This document shows, one piece after another, positions 36,143 through 46,430 of a stretch of 64,000 nucleotides of DNA. Under the pieces are notes generated by a model. The model saw only the letters and a list, made by a program, of their open reading frames with translations, was not told the origin of the DNA and ran no database searches. Each line of letters opens with the position of its first letter. Position 1 is the stretch's first letter. Both the position numbers and the translations under genes were made by a program. The DNA comes from Bacteroidota bacterium (GTDB taxonomy: Bacteria; Bacteroidota; Bacteroidia; Bacteroidales; B39-G9), in assembly GCA_015222055.1 (NCBI GenBank), contig JADFUR010000045.1, forward strand, positions 6,860 through 70,859, read 5' to 3'.

Positions 36143-38269
36143 ATGCATAAAAAAACAAAGAAAACTCTTACTTTAAATAAAAAAACATTAACCAATAAAA
36201 TTATTGGTCTTTTTAGTAACAATTCAACGAAAACATTTAACTACAAACAAATCTCAAAACGACTTGATATAAATGATACTGCAACAAAACAATTAACAAC
36301 TTTAATTTTAAGCGAACTTGCAAAAGATGAGGTTTTAACAGAAATTCAAAGAGGAAAATTTAAAATAAAATCTCGTGGTGGGTATATTACCGGTGTTGTT
36401 GACCTAACGCAACGTGGTGCTGCCTATATTATTTCCGACGACATTGAGGAAGATGTTTTTGTTTCACAAGCCAATCTTAATCATGCTTTAAATAAAGACA
36501 AAGTAAAAATTTATTTATATGCCAAACGAAAAGACAAACAGGCAGAAGGCGAAGTTGTTGAAATTCTTGAACGAGTAAAAACAAAATTTGTTGGAACCAT
36601 TGAGCGCTCGGGAAATTTTGCTTTTCTTGTGCCAAATCGTCGTTTTATGCCTTACGATATTTTTATTCCGGCAAGAAGCTTAAAAGATGCAAAAACAGGA
36701 CAAAAAGCTGTTGCACAAATTGTTGAATGGCCAAAGCGTGCCAAAAATCCTATTGGTGAAATTATCGACATATTAGGTAACGAAGGCGAAAACGAAACAG
36801 AAATAAATGCAATTCTCGCCGAATATGATTTGCCATATACTTTCCCAACAAGTATTGACGAAGCAGCAAAAAAAATATCTAACAAAATCGCTAATAAGGA
36901 AATCGCTCTTAGAAAAGATTTTCGAGATATAACAACTTTCACAATTGACCCTGACGATGCTAAAGATTTTGACGATGCCCTATCAATTAAGCAATTAGAA
37001 AATAAAAACTGGCAAATTGGTGTGCATATCGCAGATGTTACTTTTTATGTAAGACCAAACACCGATATTGAAAAAGAAGCATATAGTCGAGCAACATCTG
37101 TTTACCTTGTTGATAGAGTTGTGCCAATGCTGCCTGAGAGACTGTCAAACAATATTTGCTCATTGCGACCTGATGAAGAAAAACTTTGTTTTTCGGCAGT
37201 TTTTGAAATCGACGATAATGCAAACATCAAAAATCAATGGATTGGAAGAACCGTTATTCGTTCAAATAAACGATTTACTTATGACGAGGTGCAAAATATT
37301 ATTGAAACCAATGAGGGCGAATATAATGATGAAATTCAAAAATTAAATTCTCTGGCTCAGCAATTACGTGCAAATCGTTTTAAAGATGGCTCTATAGATT
37401 TTGAACGAAGTGAAGTAAAATTCAAATTAGACGAAAACGGCAAACCTCTTGGTATCTATTCTAAAGTGAGTAAAGAGGCAAATAAATTGGTTGAGGAATT
37501 TATGCTTCTTGCCAACAAAAAAGTTTCTGAATTTATTGGTAAAACCGAGAAGAAACCAAAGACTTTTATTTATCGTATTCATGATAAACCAAACAGAGAA
37601 AAACTAAACGCTTTTTCAAAATTTATTAAGCGTTTTGGCTATCAACTCAAATTAAAATCGAAAAAGGACATTGCTCAATCAATAAATGGCCTGCTTGCCG
37701 ATGTGGTGGGGAAAAACGAACAAGAAGTTATTGAAACTTTGGCAATTCGCACAATGGCTAAAGCAGTGTACTCAACAAAAAACATTGGTCATTATGGCTT
37801 AGCTTTTGATTATTATTCTCACTTTACTTCACCAATTCGCCGCTACCCCGACATGATGGTTCATCGTTTGCTAGAAAGATATTTAGACAACGGAAAATCT
37901 GCTGAGGCAGATAAATATGAAGAAATGTGCAAACATTCTTCTGAGATGGAACAAAAGTCTGTAAATGCCGAGAGAGCTTCAATAAAATATAAGCAAGTTG
38001 AATTTATGAGCGATAAAATAGATAAAGAATTCGACGGGATTATTTCCGGAGTTACTCAATGGGGTCTTTTTGTTGAAATTATTGAAAATAAATGCGAAGG
38101 TTTGGTTTCTATTAGAGACTTAAAAGATGATTATTATGTTTTTGATGAAGAGAATTATTGTATTATTGGAAAACATAATAAAATAAAATACCAACTCGGC
38201 GACAGAGTAAAAATTAAGGTTGTTAATGCTAATCTGCAAAAAAAACAGCTTGATTTTAATTTGGCTTAA
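36143..38269 (+). CDS. rnr: Ribonuclease R
   Basis: 708 aa. RNB domain (FTIDPDDAKDFDDALS..VHIADV) and C-terminal S1 domain (GIISGVTQWGLFVEI). Confidence 0.95.
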   Translation: MHKKTKKTLTLNKKTLTNKIIGLFSNNSTKTFNYKQISKRLDINDTATKQLTTLILSELAKDEVLTEIQRGKFKIKSRGGYITGVVDLTQRGAAYIISDDIEEDVFVSQANLNHALNKDKVKIYLYAKRKDKQAEGEVVEILERVKTKFVGTIERSGNFAFLVPNRRFMPYDIFIPARSLKDAKTGQKAVAQIVEWPKRAKNPIGEIIDILGNEGENETEINAILAEYDLPYTFPTSIDEAAKKISNKIANKEIALRKDFRDITTFTIDPDDAKDFDDALSIKQLENKNWQIGVHIADVTFYVRPNTDIEKEAYSRATSVYLVDRVVPMLPERLSNNICSLRPDEEKLCFSAVFEIDDNANIKNQWIGRTVIRSNKRFTYDEVQNIIETNEGEYNDEIQKLNSLAQQLRANRFKDGSIDFERSEVKFKLDENGKPLGIYSKVSKEANKLVEEFMLLANKKVSEFIGKTEKKPKTFIYRIHDKPNREKLNAFSKFIKRFGYQLKLKSKKDIAQSINGLLADVVGKNEQEVIETLAIRTMAKAVYSTKNIGHYGLAFDYYSHFTSPIRRYPDMMVHRLLERYLDNGKSAEADKYEEMCKHSSEMEQKSVNAERASIKYKQVEFMSDKIDKEFDGIISGVTQWGLFVEIIENKCEGLVSIRDLKDDYYVFDEENYCIIGKHNKIKYQLGDRVKIKVVNANLQKKQLDFNLA

Positions 38270-38354
38270 AAAACAAATAATTAAACTTGGTATATATTTA
38301 AAATTTAATGAGATAGACTTTGTGTTATAAAATTGTTGGTTTTAATAAAAAATT

Positions 38355-38861
38355 GTGATGACTAAAATTGAACAAATAATTACTAATCTTAATTTAAAAC
38401 CTCATCCCGAAGGCGGTTATTTCAAAGAGACATATAGAAGCGAAGGTGAAATAAACGAAAATAGTCTTGATTCAAATTACATAGGGAAAAGAAATTATTC
38501 TACTTGCATATACTTTCTTTTAACATCCAACATGTTTTCTTCCTTTCATAAAATAAAACAAGATGAAATTTGGCATTTTTACGAAGGTTCTCCTATTCGT
38601 CTTTACACAATATCTGAACGAGGAAAACTGTCTGAATTCATTATAGGAAGAGATATTGCCAATGGACAAAGCCCACAATTAATTGTTCCAGCTAAGCATT
38701 GGTTTGCAGCAAGAGTAATTAACGAAAACGATTATTCTTTGGTTGGTTGCACGGTGTCGCCTGGATTCGATTTTAACGATTTTGAACTTGCTAAAAGAAA
38801 AAAATTAATTTCAAAATTCCCTCAACATAAACAAATAATAAAGGAATTAACGATTGAGTAA
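38355..38861 (+). CDS. Cupin-fold protein of the DUF985 family
   Basis: LKPHPEGGYFKETYRS..WHFYEGSPI..VGCTVSPGFDFNDFEL. Confidence 0.75.
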   Translation: MMTKIEQIITNLNLKPHPEGGYFKETYRSEGEINENSLDSNYIGKRNYSTCIYFLLTSNMFSSFHKIKQDEIWHFYEGSPIRLYTISERGKLSEFIIGRDIANGQSPQLIVPAKHWFAARVINENDYSLVGCTVSPGFDFNDFELAKRKKLISKFPQHKQIIKELTIE

Positions 38862-38980
38862 ATCTTGCGACTTTAGACATCAATTGCTTTTTTTGAATTA
38901 GGCACATAAGAAAGAACTAAAATAAAACCAATTTTAGGCTATTCAACCGATTATGTTTAATGATAAAATAAACCATAGTC

Positions 38981-39036
38981 ATGTTGTCCGCCAGCTGGCG
39001 GATCAACATCTAAAGATTCTGAAACAAGTTCAGAAT
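38981..39036. repeat. Two adjacent hairpins; the first belongs to the CCGCCAGCTGGCGG hairpin repeat family
   Basis: ATGTTG-TCCGCCAG|CTGGCGGA-t-CAACAT (38981-39009), then ATTCTGAA(39016-39023)/TTCAGAAT(39029-39036). Lies between convergent genes. Confidence 0.6.
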
Positions 39037-39057
39037 GACTACCTTAGATGGTATTGA

Positions 39058-39489
39058 TTAAAAGCCTAATTCAATACTTTTTTTTGTGCTGTCAACTTTA
39101 TACCCTGATTTTAACCATGCCCTTAAGCCGCCTTTTAAATTGCAAACTTCTTTAAAGCCCTTGTTATTTAAAAGCTTGCATGCTTGGGAGCTTCTGTCAC
39201 CATATTCGCAATAAACAAAAATTGCTTGCTCAAAATCTACGGTGTCAATTATTGAAAATAATTTTTTTGAATTTTCGGCAAGAAGAGAATTCCCAATGTG
39301 AGATTCTTCATATTCTTCTATTGTACTCACATCAATAAGCACGCTGTTTTTATCTGCATACATAAAAACATAAAATTCCTTTGGCGATAAGTTTTTGTAT
39401 TTGTTTTTACGTGAATCTTGAGAAAACCCTGAAAAACCAAGGGCAATAAAAAATAAAAATATTGTAGTTTTAAAAAACCTCATCATCAA
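39058..39489 (-). CDS. Secreted rhodanese-domain protein
   Basis: Signal peptide. Active-site loop VYCEYGDRSSQAC. ..NLKGGLRAW. Confidence 0.8.
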   Translation of the reverse strand: MMMRFFKTTIFLFFIALGFSGFSQDSRKNKYKNLSPKEFYVFMYADKNSVLIDVSTIEEYEESHIGNSLLAENSKKLFSIIDTVDFEQAIFVYCEYGDRSSQACKLLNNKGFKEVCNLKGGLRAWLKSGYKVDSTKKSIELGF

Positions 39490-40612
39490 TAATAAATAAA
39501 TCGGAAATTATTTTATCTGCAATCAAAATCCCTGTTTCAGACAAAATTAAATGATTTTCTGCTAAATTAATTTTTTTTGTTTTAATATATTGTTCTGCAC
39601 TTTTTAAACAACAAGAAACAACTTTCTCATTAAACGTTTCTCTTAAAAAAGCTAAATCAACTCCCCACATTGTTCGCAACGAAGTTATTATGTAATCATT
39701 ATATTGTTTCCCCGGATCAAGAATTTCAGAATCGAAAGGCAAAATTTCATTTTCAATAAAAGAAATATATTTGTTTGTATCGCGAACATTCCATTGTCGT
39801 GATGTGTTGTTAAATGAATGGGCAGACGGTCCAACACCAAGATATTTTTCTTGACGCCAATAATTTGAATTGTGTTTTGAAAAGAATCCCTTTTTGCCAA
39901 AATTAGAAATTTCGTAATGTATAAAATCTTCTTGCTTTGTTTTATTAATCAATGTTTGATATTCGTCAATGCTTTCTTGTTCTACTACAGGGATTAATAT
40001 TTTATTTTTTAAATAATTATAAAAAACAGTTTTGGGTTCGTAAGTTAAATGATAAGCAGATAAATGTTGAATGTTTAAATTAAAAGCCTTATTCAGATTA
40101 TACAACCATTTTTGATTATTCATTTTTGGTAATCCGTAAATTAAATCAAGACTAATGTTGTGAAATCCAACATCTTGCGACAACTTCACGGCTGCTTCTG
40201 CTTCAGCCGCATTATGACGCCTGTTCATCGTTTTTAAATCATCGTCGAAAAAAGATTGAACACCAATACTTAAACGATTTACTGGTGAGAGCTTTAATTC
40301 TTTTAGATAATCGTGCGTCAAATCATCTGGGTTTGCCTCAAATGTAATTTCAGGATTATCGGCAACATCAAAAACATTATATATCTGATTCAATATTGAC
40401 ATTAATTCACCATAAGTCAGCACAGAAGGTGTTCCTCCTCCAAAATAAATTGTTTCAACAAGACTATTTTTCAAGTAACTTTTTTGCAGAGAAAGTTCCT
40501 TAATCAACGCGTTAACATATGCAGATTTATTTTTCACTAATGTAGTTGAATAAAAATCGCAATAGAAACATTTTTGTTTACAAAAAGGAATATGAATATA
40601 AATGCCGGCCAT
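39470..40612 (-). CDS. hemW: Radical SAM heme chaperone HemW (coproporphyrinogen III oxidase-like)
   Basis: GIYIHIPFCKQKCFYCDF CxxxCxxC cluster motif, 380 aa. Confidence 0.9.
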   Translation of the reverse strand: MAGIYIHIPFCKQKCFYCDFYSTTLVKNKSAYVNALIKELSLQKSYLKNSLVETIYFGGGTPSVLTYGELMSILNQIYNVFDVADNPEITFEANPDDLTHDYLKELKLSPVNRLSIGVQSFFDDDLKTMNRRHNAAEAEAAVKLSQDVGFHNISLDLIYGLPKMNNQKWLYNLNKAFNLNIQHLSAYHLTYEPKTVFYNYLKNKILIPVVEQESIDEYQTLINKTKQEDFIHYEISNFGKKGFFSKHNSNYWRQEKYLGVGPSAHSFNNTSRQWNVRDTNKYISFIENEILPFDSEILDPGKQYNDYIITSLRTMWGVDLAFLRETFNEKVVSCCLKSAEQYIKTKKINLAENHLILSETGILIADKIISDLFIIDDEVF

Positions 40613-40797
40613 TTATTTAAGAATTAATTATATTAACAAAATTAACAAATAAATTATTTATTACTTCTTAATGTTAAAAAAGAAACTGATTGAGTTAATT
40701 ATATTGGCTTGTTTTGCTATTAAATAAAAAATAAGTTTTGTTTATAGCAAAATTATAGCTCTTTTTGTAAAATATTTCCAAACTTAAATTATTCCAG

Positions 40798-42582
40798 ATG
40801 AATCAACATCTTGCAAACATGGTAAGAGAACGTGCTAAATTATATGCTGAGCGCGATGTTTTTATATATAAAGAAGGCGAAGAAACCGAATACAAAAAAC
40901 TAAGTTGGAACGACTTAATAAAAGCCACAGACAATGTCTCTAAATCGCTGCTCTCTTTAGGTTTTGGGCATGAATCAAAAATTGGTATTTTTAGCAACAA
41001 CTCTGAGAAATGGACAATTTCAGATTTAGGTATTCTCTCCATTAGAGGTGTTGTGGTTCCTTTTTTCGGGACTTCTTCAAAGCATCAAGTAAAATATATT
41101 GTTGACGAAACTCAAATGAAAGTTATGTTTGTTGGCAATAAAGAACAACTTGAAAAAGCATTGTGGGTTGTAGAAAATTCAGAAACTTTAGAAAAAATTG
41201 TTGTTTTGGAAAACAATGTTTCTACTGAAGACGGCCGTTGCATGAGCTGGACTGAATTTTGTAATTTAGGAAATGACCAAAAATATGATGCTTCGTTAAA
41301 ACAATTATTAGAAGCCGCCAAAACGGATGACCTTGCTACAATTATTTATACTTCAGGCACAACAGGAGAGCCAAAAGGAGTTATGCTCGACCATAAAAAT
41401 TTTATTGGGAGTTTTAAAAGTCACGACTTACGATTAGACGTAAGTGAAAGTGATGTTTCCTTATGTTTTTTACCCTTAAGTCATATTTTTGAGCGAGCTT
41501 GGACTTTCTATCTCTTACATTGCGGTGCTGTTAATTGTTTCCTTTCAAACCCAAGAAAAGTTATTGATGCACTTCCTATTGTTAAGCCAACAGTTATGTG
41601 TACTGTTCCTCGTTTCTACGAAAAAACTTTTGACGCAATTATAAGTGAAAAAGAAAAATGGCCTACGTTAAAACAAAACATTTTTAATTGGGCAATTAAT
41701 GTTGGACGTAATTGCATCAAATACAAAAAAGATGCTAAACGAATTCCTTTTGCTTTACAAATAAAAAATTCTATTGCAGACAAACTCGTTTTTAAAACAA
41801 TCAAAAAAATTCTTGGTGGGAACTTTCGCTTTTTACCTTGTTCAGGAGCTGCAATGAGACCTGAACTACTTCGTTTTTTTCATGCCGCAGGAGTATTTAT
41901 TAATTATGGATATGGAGCTACAGAAACCACAGCAACGGTGTCTTGTTTTAAATCTGATATTTATAATTTTGATGCTTGCGGAAGCATAATGCCCGGCGTT
42001 TCTGTCAAAATTAGCGATGATGGAGAAATAATGATAAAAGGAGATACTATTTTTAAAGGTTATTATAATAAACCTGAAGAAACGGCCAAAACTCTTCAAG
42101 ACGGTTGGTATAAATCAGGAGACGAAGGTTTTATTTCTGAAGACGGTTATCTGGTAATGACAGATAGAATTAAAGACCTTATGAAAACATCAGGGGGTAA
42201 ATATATTTCACCTCAAAAAATGGAACTGCTAGCTTCTGAAAATCCTTTTATTGAACAGATTATTGTTATTGGTGATGGAAGAAAATTTGTTTCTGCTCTT
42301 ATTGTTCCTGAATTTGAAAACTTAAAAAAAGCAGCCAAAAACTTGGGAATAAAAACACAAGATGCAAAAAATTTAGTTTTGAATGACAAAATAATCAATT
42401 TCATAAAAGAAAAAATAGATGCTTTTCAGGAAGAATTGCCTAAATACGAAAGAATAGTTAAATTCACCTTGCTTCCTGAACCCTTTAGTATTGAAAACGA
42501 TGCTTTAACAAGCACTCTAAAAATGAAAAGAAAATTAATAACAGAACAATATAAAGACTTAATAGATAAAATCTATGAATGA
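40798..42582 (+). CDS. Long-chain fatty acid-CoA ligase (AMP-dependent synthetase)
   Basis: IIYTSGTTGEPKGVML, YGATET and GWYKSGDEG motifs. Confidence 0.9.
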   Translation: MNQHLANMVRERAKLYAERDVFIYKEGEETEYKKLSWNDLIKATDNVSKSLLSLGFGHESKIGIFSNNSEKWTISDLGILSIRGVVVPFFGTSSKHQVKYIVDETQMKVMFVGNKEQLEKALWVVENSETLEKIVVLENNVSTEDGRCMSWTEFCNLGNDQKYDASLKQLLEAAKTDDLATIIYTSGTTGEPKGVMLDHKNFIGSFKSHDLRLDVSESDVSLCFLPLSHIFERAWTFYLLHCGAVNCFLSNPRKVIDALPIVKPTVMCTVPRFYEKTFDAIISEKEKWPTLKQNIFNWAINVGRNCIKYKKDAKRIPFALQIKNSIADKLVFKTIKKILGGNFRFLPCSGAAMRPELLRFFHAAGVFINYGYGATETTATVSCFKSDIYNFDACGSIMPGVSVKISDDGEIMIKGDTIFKGYYNKPEETAKTLQDGWYKSGDEGFISEDGYLVMTDRIKDLMKTSGGKYISPQKMELLASENPFIEQIIVIGDGRKFVSALIVPEFENLKKAAKNLGIKTQDAKNLVLNDKIINFIKEKIDAFQEELPKYERIVKFTLLPEPFSIENDALTSTLKMKRKLITEQYKDLIDKIYE

Positions 42583-42653
42583 TTATTGTTTTGAGATAAT
42601 TTTATCTTTAAATAAACGAGCTTAAAATAATTTTCAAACAAAAATATTAAAAA

Positions 42654-42684
42654 AGGACACAGTGAATTTGTGTCCTTTTTTTTG
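42654..42684 (+). terminator. Rho-independent terminator after the acyl-CoA ligase gene
   Basis: AGGACACA-GTGAATT-TGTGTCCT followed by a T-run. Confidence 0.75.
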
Positions 42685-42710
42685 TGTTTGCTTTTATTTT
42701 TTTTCTCGAA

Positions 42711-43577
42711 TTAACGAGATAATTTCCATCGTCGGTGAGACCACAGCCAATTTTCCGGTTGTTCCCTTACAATTGATTCTAATTTATTTGCATACCTTTT
42801 TGTAATTTCTCCTTCTTTGAGTTCTGAAGGATTTTCTGCCAATACAGATAAAAAAACAGAATAAAAACCTCGTTTTTTTCTTTGCACATCTACATAAAAA
42901 ACCGGGTAATTATATTGACGTGCATACTTTTCAGGGCCATGCAAAAAAGCTGTTTCTTTGCCAAAAAAATCAATCCAATAAGATTTTTTTTTATTTGTAG
43001 GACTTTGATCAGCTGCCATTAAAAAAATTGTGTTTGTTCCTTCACATTTTTCAAAAGTCTTATAGGTACCCTTTATAGATGCTAATTCGGTTCCGAAACG
43101 AGTTCTCGTCCACCTCATAAATTTATCAACCCATTTATTTGAAAGTGGCTTATATAATCCAATAACATTATAATCTGTTTGTAAGCTCGCCGACAAACTT
43201 CCCCATTCCCAATTTGCATAATGACCTGCAACAGCAATAATGCTTTTCCCTTGTTCAAAATATGGGGTGAGAATTTCGGGGTTTTCAATTTTATGGTGCT
43301 TATTAATTTGTCGCCGAGTCATTGTGAAACTTTTTAATCCCTCAACTATTACATCTGTTAAATTCTTGTACACTCGACGAATGATTCTGCGTTTTTCATC
43401 TTCATCAAGATTTGGAAAGGATTGTTCAATATTTTTTTTAATGACCTTTTTTCGATACCCCAAAACTCCAGAAAGGAACAATCTTAAAAAATCTGACACA
43501 AAATAAAGAATTCTAAAAGGTATTATCCCAATAAAAAACACAAAGAATATAAACAGTAATGTTAAAAATAAATTCAT
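42711..43577 (-). CDS. Lipid A biosynthesis (LpxL/HtrB-type) lysophospholipid acyltransferase family protein
   Basis: N-terminal TM. AGHYANWEW (HX4E/D) catalytic motif. C-terminus ..PENWLWSHRRWK. Confidence 0.8.
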   Translation of the reverse strand: MNLFLTLLFIFFVFFIGIIPFRILYFVSDFLRLFLSGVLGYRKKVIKKNIEQSFPNLDEDEKRRIIRRVYKNLTDVIVEGLKSFTMTRRQINKHHKIENPEILTPYFEQGKSIIAVAGHYANWEWGSLSASLQTDYNVIGLYKPLSNKWVDKFMRWTRTRFGTELASIKGTYKTFEKCEGTNTIFLMAADQSPTNKKKSYWIDFFGKETAFLHGPEKYARQYNYPVFYVDVQRKKRGFYSVFLSVLAENPSELKEGEITKRYANKLESIVREQPENWLWSHRRWKLSR

Positions 43578-43718
43578 GGAGCCTTATTAATTATTACGTC
43601 TGTAAAGATAAATAAAAGGATTTATCATAAATACAAAAACAAAATTTTTGATTAAAAAAATTATTTTTTCATAAATTAAATATTCATTACCTTTAACTTC
43701 AAACAATAATTTATAAAA

Positions 43719-44084
43719 ATGTCGGAAAATTACGATTTCGGTAAAAAAGGCGAAGAAATAGCTCAAACATTTTTGCAGCAAAAAGCTTATTCAATTCTGG
43801 CAACAAACTGGCATCACCGTCATAAAGAAGTTGATATTATTGCAGAAAAAGACAACGCTCTGATTATTGTTGAAGTTAAATCAAGGAGTAATACAATACA
43901 TGAATTGCCTCAAGATGCAGTAACGAAAAAGAAACAACGCTTTCTTATTGAAGCGGCTAATGCTTACATAGAAAAGAATAATATTAATTTGGAAGTGCAG
44001 TTTGATATTATTACAGTAGTAAAACATAACGATAAATTTAAAGTTAGACATATTAAAGATGCCTTTTATCCAATTGTAAAATAA
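43719..44084 (+). CDS. yraN: YraN-family (UPF0102) endonuclease-like protein
   Basis: 121 aa. GKKGEEIAQTFLQQKAY..EVDIIA..LIIVEVKSR. Confidence 0.85.
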   Translation: MSENYDFGKKGEEIAQTFLQQKAYSILATNWHHRHKEVDIIAEKDNALIIVEVKSRSNTIHELPQDAVTKKKQRFLIEAANAYIEKNNINLEVQFDIITVVKHNDKFKVRHIKDAFYPIVK

Positions 44085-44090
44085 TTCGGA

Positions 44091-44792
44091 ATGTCGTTTA
44101 AACTAAATTTTATTAACAGTTTTATTGGTCTAATATTTCCTAATACTTGTGCTGCTTGTGGAAATAACTTATACAAAAACGAAAACATTATTTGTACTAA
44201 ATGTTTATACGAGCTTCCCAAAACTAATTATTACAAAGAAAAAGAAAATCCCGTTGAACAAATATTTTGGGGACGAGTAAATATTGAAAGAGCGTGTTCA
44301 TATTACTTTTTCCATAAAGGAAGCAAATTCAGAAAATTAATTCACAAACTTAAGTATAAAGGACAAAAGGAAATAGGCTATGAAATTGGTCGGCATTTTG
44401 GGAGCGAATTAAGTGGTTCTGATTTTATTAATGATGTTGATGTAATAGTTCCTGTTCCTATTCACCCTTCACGAAAACGCCATCGTGGTTATAATCAAAG
44501 CGACTGGATTGGCATGGGGATGTCTGAAAGTCTTGATATTCCGTTAGACACAAAAAATTTTTATCGTAATGTTGCCACAGAAACGCAAACAAAAAAATCA
44601 CGTTTTGAAAGATGGAAAAATGTTGAAAATGTTTTTAAGGTAAAAAATGAAGACGCTTTTTTAAACAAACATATTTTACTTATTGACGATGTTTTGACAA
44701 CCGGAGCTACCCTCGAAGCATGTGCAAATTCTTTGTTAAAAGTCGATGGCGTTAGGGTAAGCATTGCAACATTGGCTGTTACTCAGATGTAG
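44091..44792 (+). CDS. comF: ComF-family phosphoribosyltransferase-domain protein
   Basis: N-terminal CxxC..CxxC zinc finger. C-terminal PRT motif ILLIDDVLTTGATL. Confidence 0.85.
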   Translation: MSFKLNFINSFIGLIFPNTCAACGNNLYKNENIICTKCLYELPKTNYYKEKENPVEQIFWGRVNIERACSYYFFHKGSKFRKLIHKLKYKGQKEIGYEIGRHFGSELSGSDFINDVDVIVPVPIHPSRKRHRGYNQSDWIGMGMSESLDIPLDTKNFYRNVATETQTKKSRFERWKNVENVFKVKNEDAFLNKHILLIDDVLTTGATLEACANSLLKVDGVRVSIATLAVTQM

Positions 44793-44818
44793 TTTTGATA
44801 ATCGTTTAATTGATGAAT

Positions 44819-44941
44819 CTACGAAAATATTTTATAGCCGTCATTGCGTTCCGCCAGCTGGCTGAGAAGCAATCTGTTGACAATAAATATATAAGGATTG
44901 ATTCCCTATCATTCGCAATGACGAAAATGTAATTTTCGTAG
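44819..44941. repeat. Composite inverted-repeat (MITE-like) element built from the hairpin repeat family
   Basis: Left arm CTACGAAAAT..GTCATTGCG (44819-44848). Right arm CGCAATGACGAAAAT..ATTTTCGTAG (44914-44941). Internal hairpin ATTGC(44843-44847)..GCCAGCTGGC(44853-44862)..GCAAT(44869-44873). Confidence 0.6.
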
Positions 44942-45000
44942 TGGATTTGATTAATCGTAATAATCATAAATAGATTTAATCTCTTTTCAAAAACTGTATG

Positions 45001-45125
45001 TAATTCCACAGGGAGAAAATTTCTTTGCTATAATTAAAAAATCACTCCCGGCGGGTTTCTCGTTTATTATCAACACCAACGATTAAAATCGGGGGCTATT
45101 CATATTTTTTCCTTTCAGGAAAATT
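45001..45125. repeat. About 125-bp multi-hairpin intergenic repeat, copy E2
   Basis: Aligns with 2396-2520 and shares the 3' block GGGCTATTCATATTTTTTCCTTTCAGGAA. Confidence 0.7.
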
Positions 45126-45233
45126 CATTCTTTAAAAAAATTTGTAATGATATTATCAAAAAATAACGCCCTTTTTTTTCACTAATTTTATCTGTGATTA
45201 TCTGTTTAATCTGAATCATCTGTATTCAATTTA

Positions 45234-46430
45234 CTAAACCAACACCCGAACTTCACTTTGGTCAATCAATTTCATGTTTTGAAAATCAAAATTTTCGATA
45301 AGATTAATACCCGGCTTTTTACCAATATCGAAACTGCCAAGCTGAGAATCAAAATTTAATGCTTCTGCTCCGTTAATTGTTGCCCATTTTATTACTTCTT
45401 TAAATTCAATATTCGGAAATTTTTTGTTAATAGTTTTTAACTCGTCTAAAATTGACAAATTGTCGTTTGACGATAAACTATCTGTTCCTATTGCAATATT
45501 CAATTTATTTTTTGTAAATAATTCGATATCCGGCAATTGGTTTTCGATATATAGATTTGAATTTGGGCATAATACCCAAAAGAGACCTTTATTTTCGTCA
45601 AAATAATTTAATGCAAAATCAATGTCTTGTTGGTTGCTAAATGTGTTGTGAATTAACAAGGTTTTGTTTTGTTTTGGCAAATGTGGTAAAGTCGATTGTA
45701 ATGAAGATTTTCCCGATGGTTTCCAGTTTGAAAAATTTATGCCAATTGATTTTAATCTTTCATACAATTTCCCCGTTTTGTTCAAAAATAAACTGTTTTC
45801 AGCTTCGCTTTCTTGATTATGAAAAGAGATAATGCTTTTGTTTTGTATAGCGAATTGCGATATTTTATTAAATAAATTGTTTGATACAGAGTATGGAGAA
45901 TGTGGAACTAACGAGGCATTTAAACCATACACATCATTAATCTCGTTGAACAAAGAAACGGAATTTTTGAAAATTTTTTCAGCGTTTTTTTCATCAAAAC
46001 CAAAAGATTCAATAAAAGTGTGGTATGAAATTTTGCTTTGTTTTTTTGTTTGAAACGAAACATTGCAATTAGAAATATCGCCAACAGCAACAATTCCGTT
46101 TGCACTCATTTCGTTATCGGCTTTTTTTAAAGCTTTAATAATATTTTTTTCATCATCGTCTCGCAACTCTCTAACTTGAGTAACAAACGAACTTAATCCT
46201 TTATGCTTTTCAATCTTTTTTTTCAGATACGATAATTCAAGATGACAATGGGAATTAACAAATCCCGGGACAAGAATCCCACTATAAAACTCAAGATTTT
46301 CGGTTTCTTTAATCTCTCCTTTGGTGTCAATAATATCGGTTATTGTGCCATTATCGTCAACAACAATAATCCCATTTTTTATTGGTTCTTTAGTGATTGG
46401 AAAAATATAATTTGCTGCAATTTTTCTCAT
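45234..46430 (-). CDS. Metal-dependent amidohydrolase (chlorohydrolase/deaminase family)
   Basis: 398 aa. VNSHCHLELS HxH metal motif. ..IGTDSLSSN.. later Asp motif. Confidence 0.75.
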   Translation of the reverse strand: MRKIAANYIFPITKEPIKNGIIVVDDNGTITDIIDTKGEIKETENLEFYSGILVPGFVNSHCHLELSYLKKKIEKHKGLSSFVTQVRELRDDDEKNIIKALKKADNEMSANGIVAVGDISNCNVSFQTKKQSKISYHTFIESFGFDEKNAEKIFKNSVSLFNEINDVYGLNASLVPHSPYSVSNNLFNKISQFAIQNKSIISFHNQESEAENSLFLNKTGKLYERLKSIGINFSNWKPSGKSSLQSTLPHLPKQNKTLLIHNTFSNQQDIDFALNYFDENKGLFWVLCPNSNLYIENQLPDIELFTKNKLNIAIGTDSLSSNDNLSILDELKTINKKFPNIEFKEVIKWATINGAEALNFDSQLGSFDIGKKPGINLIENFDFQNMKLIDQSEVRVLV

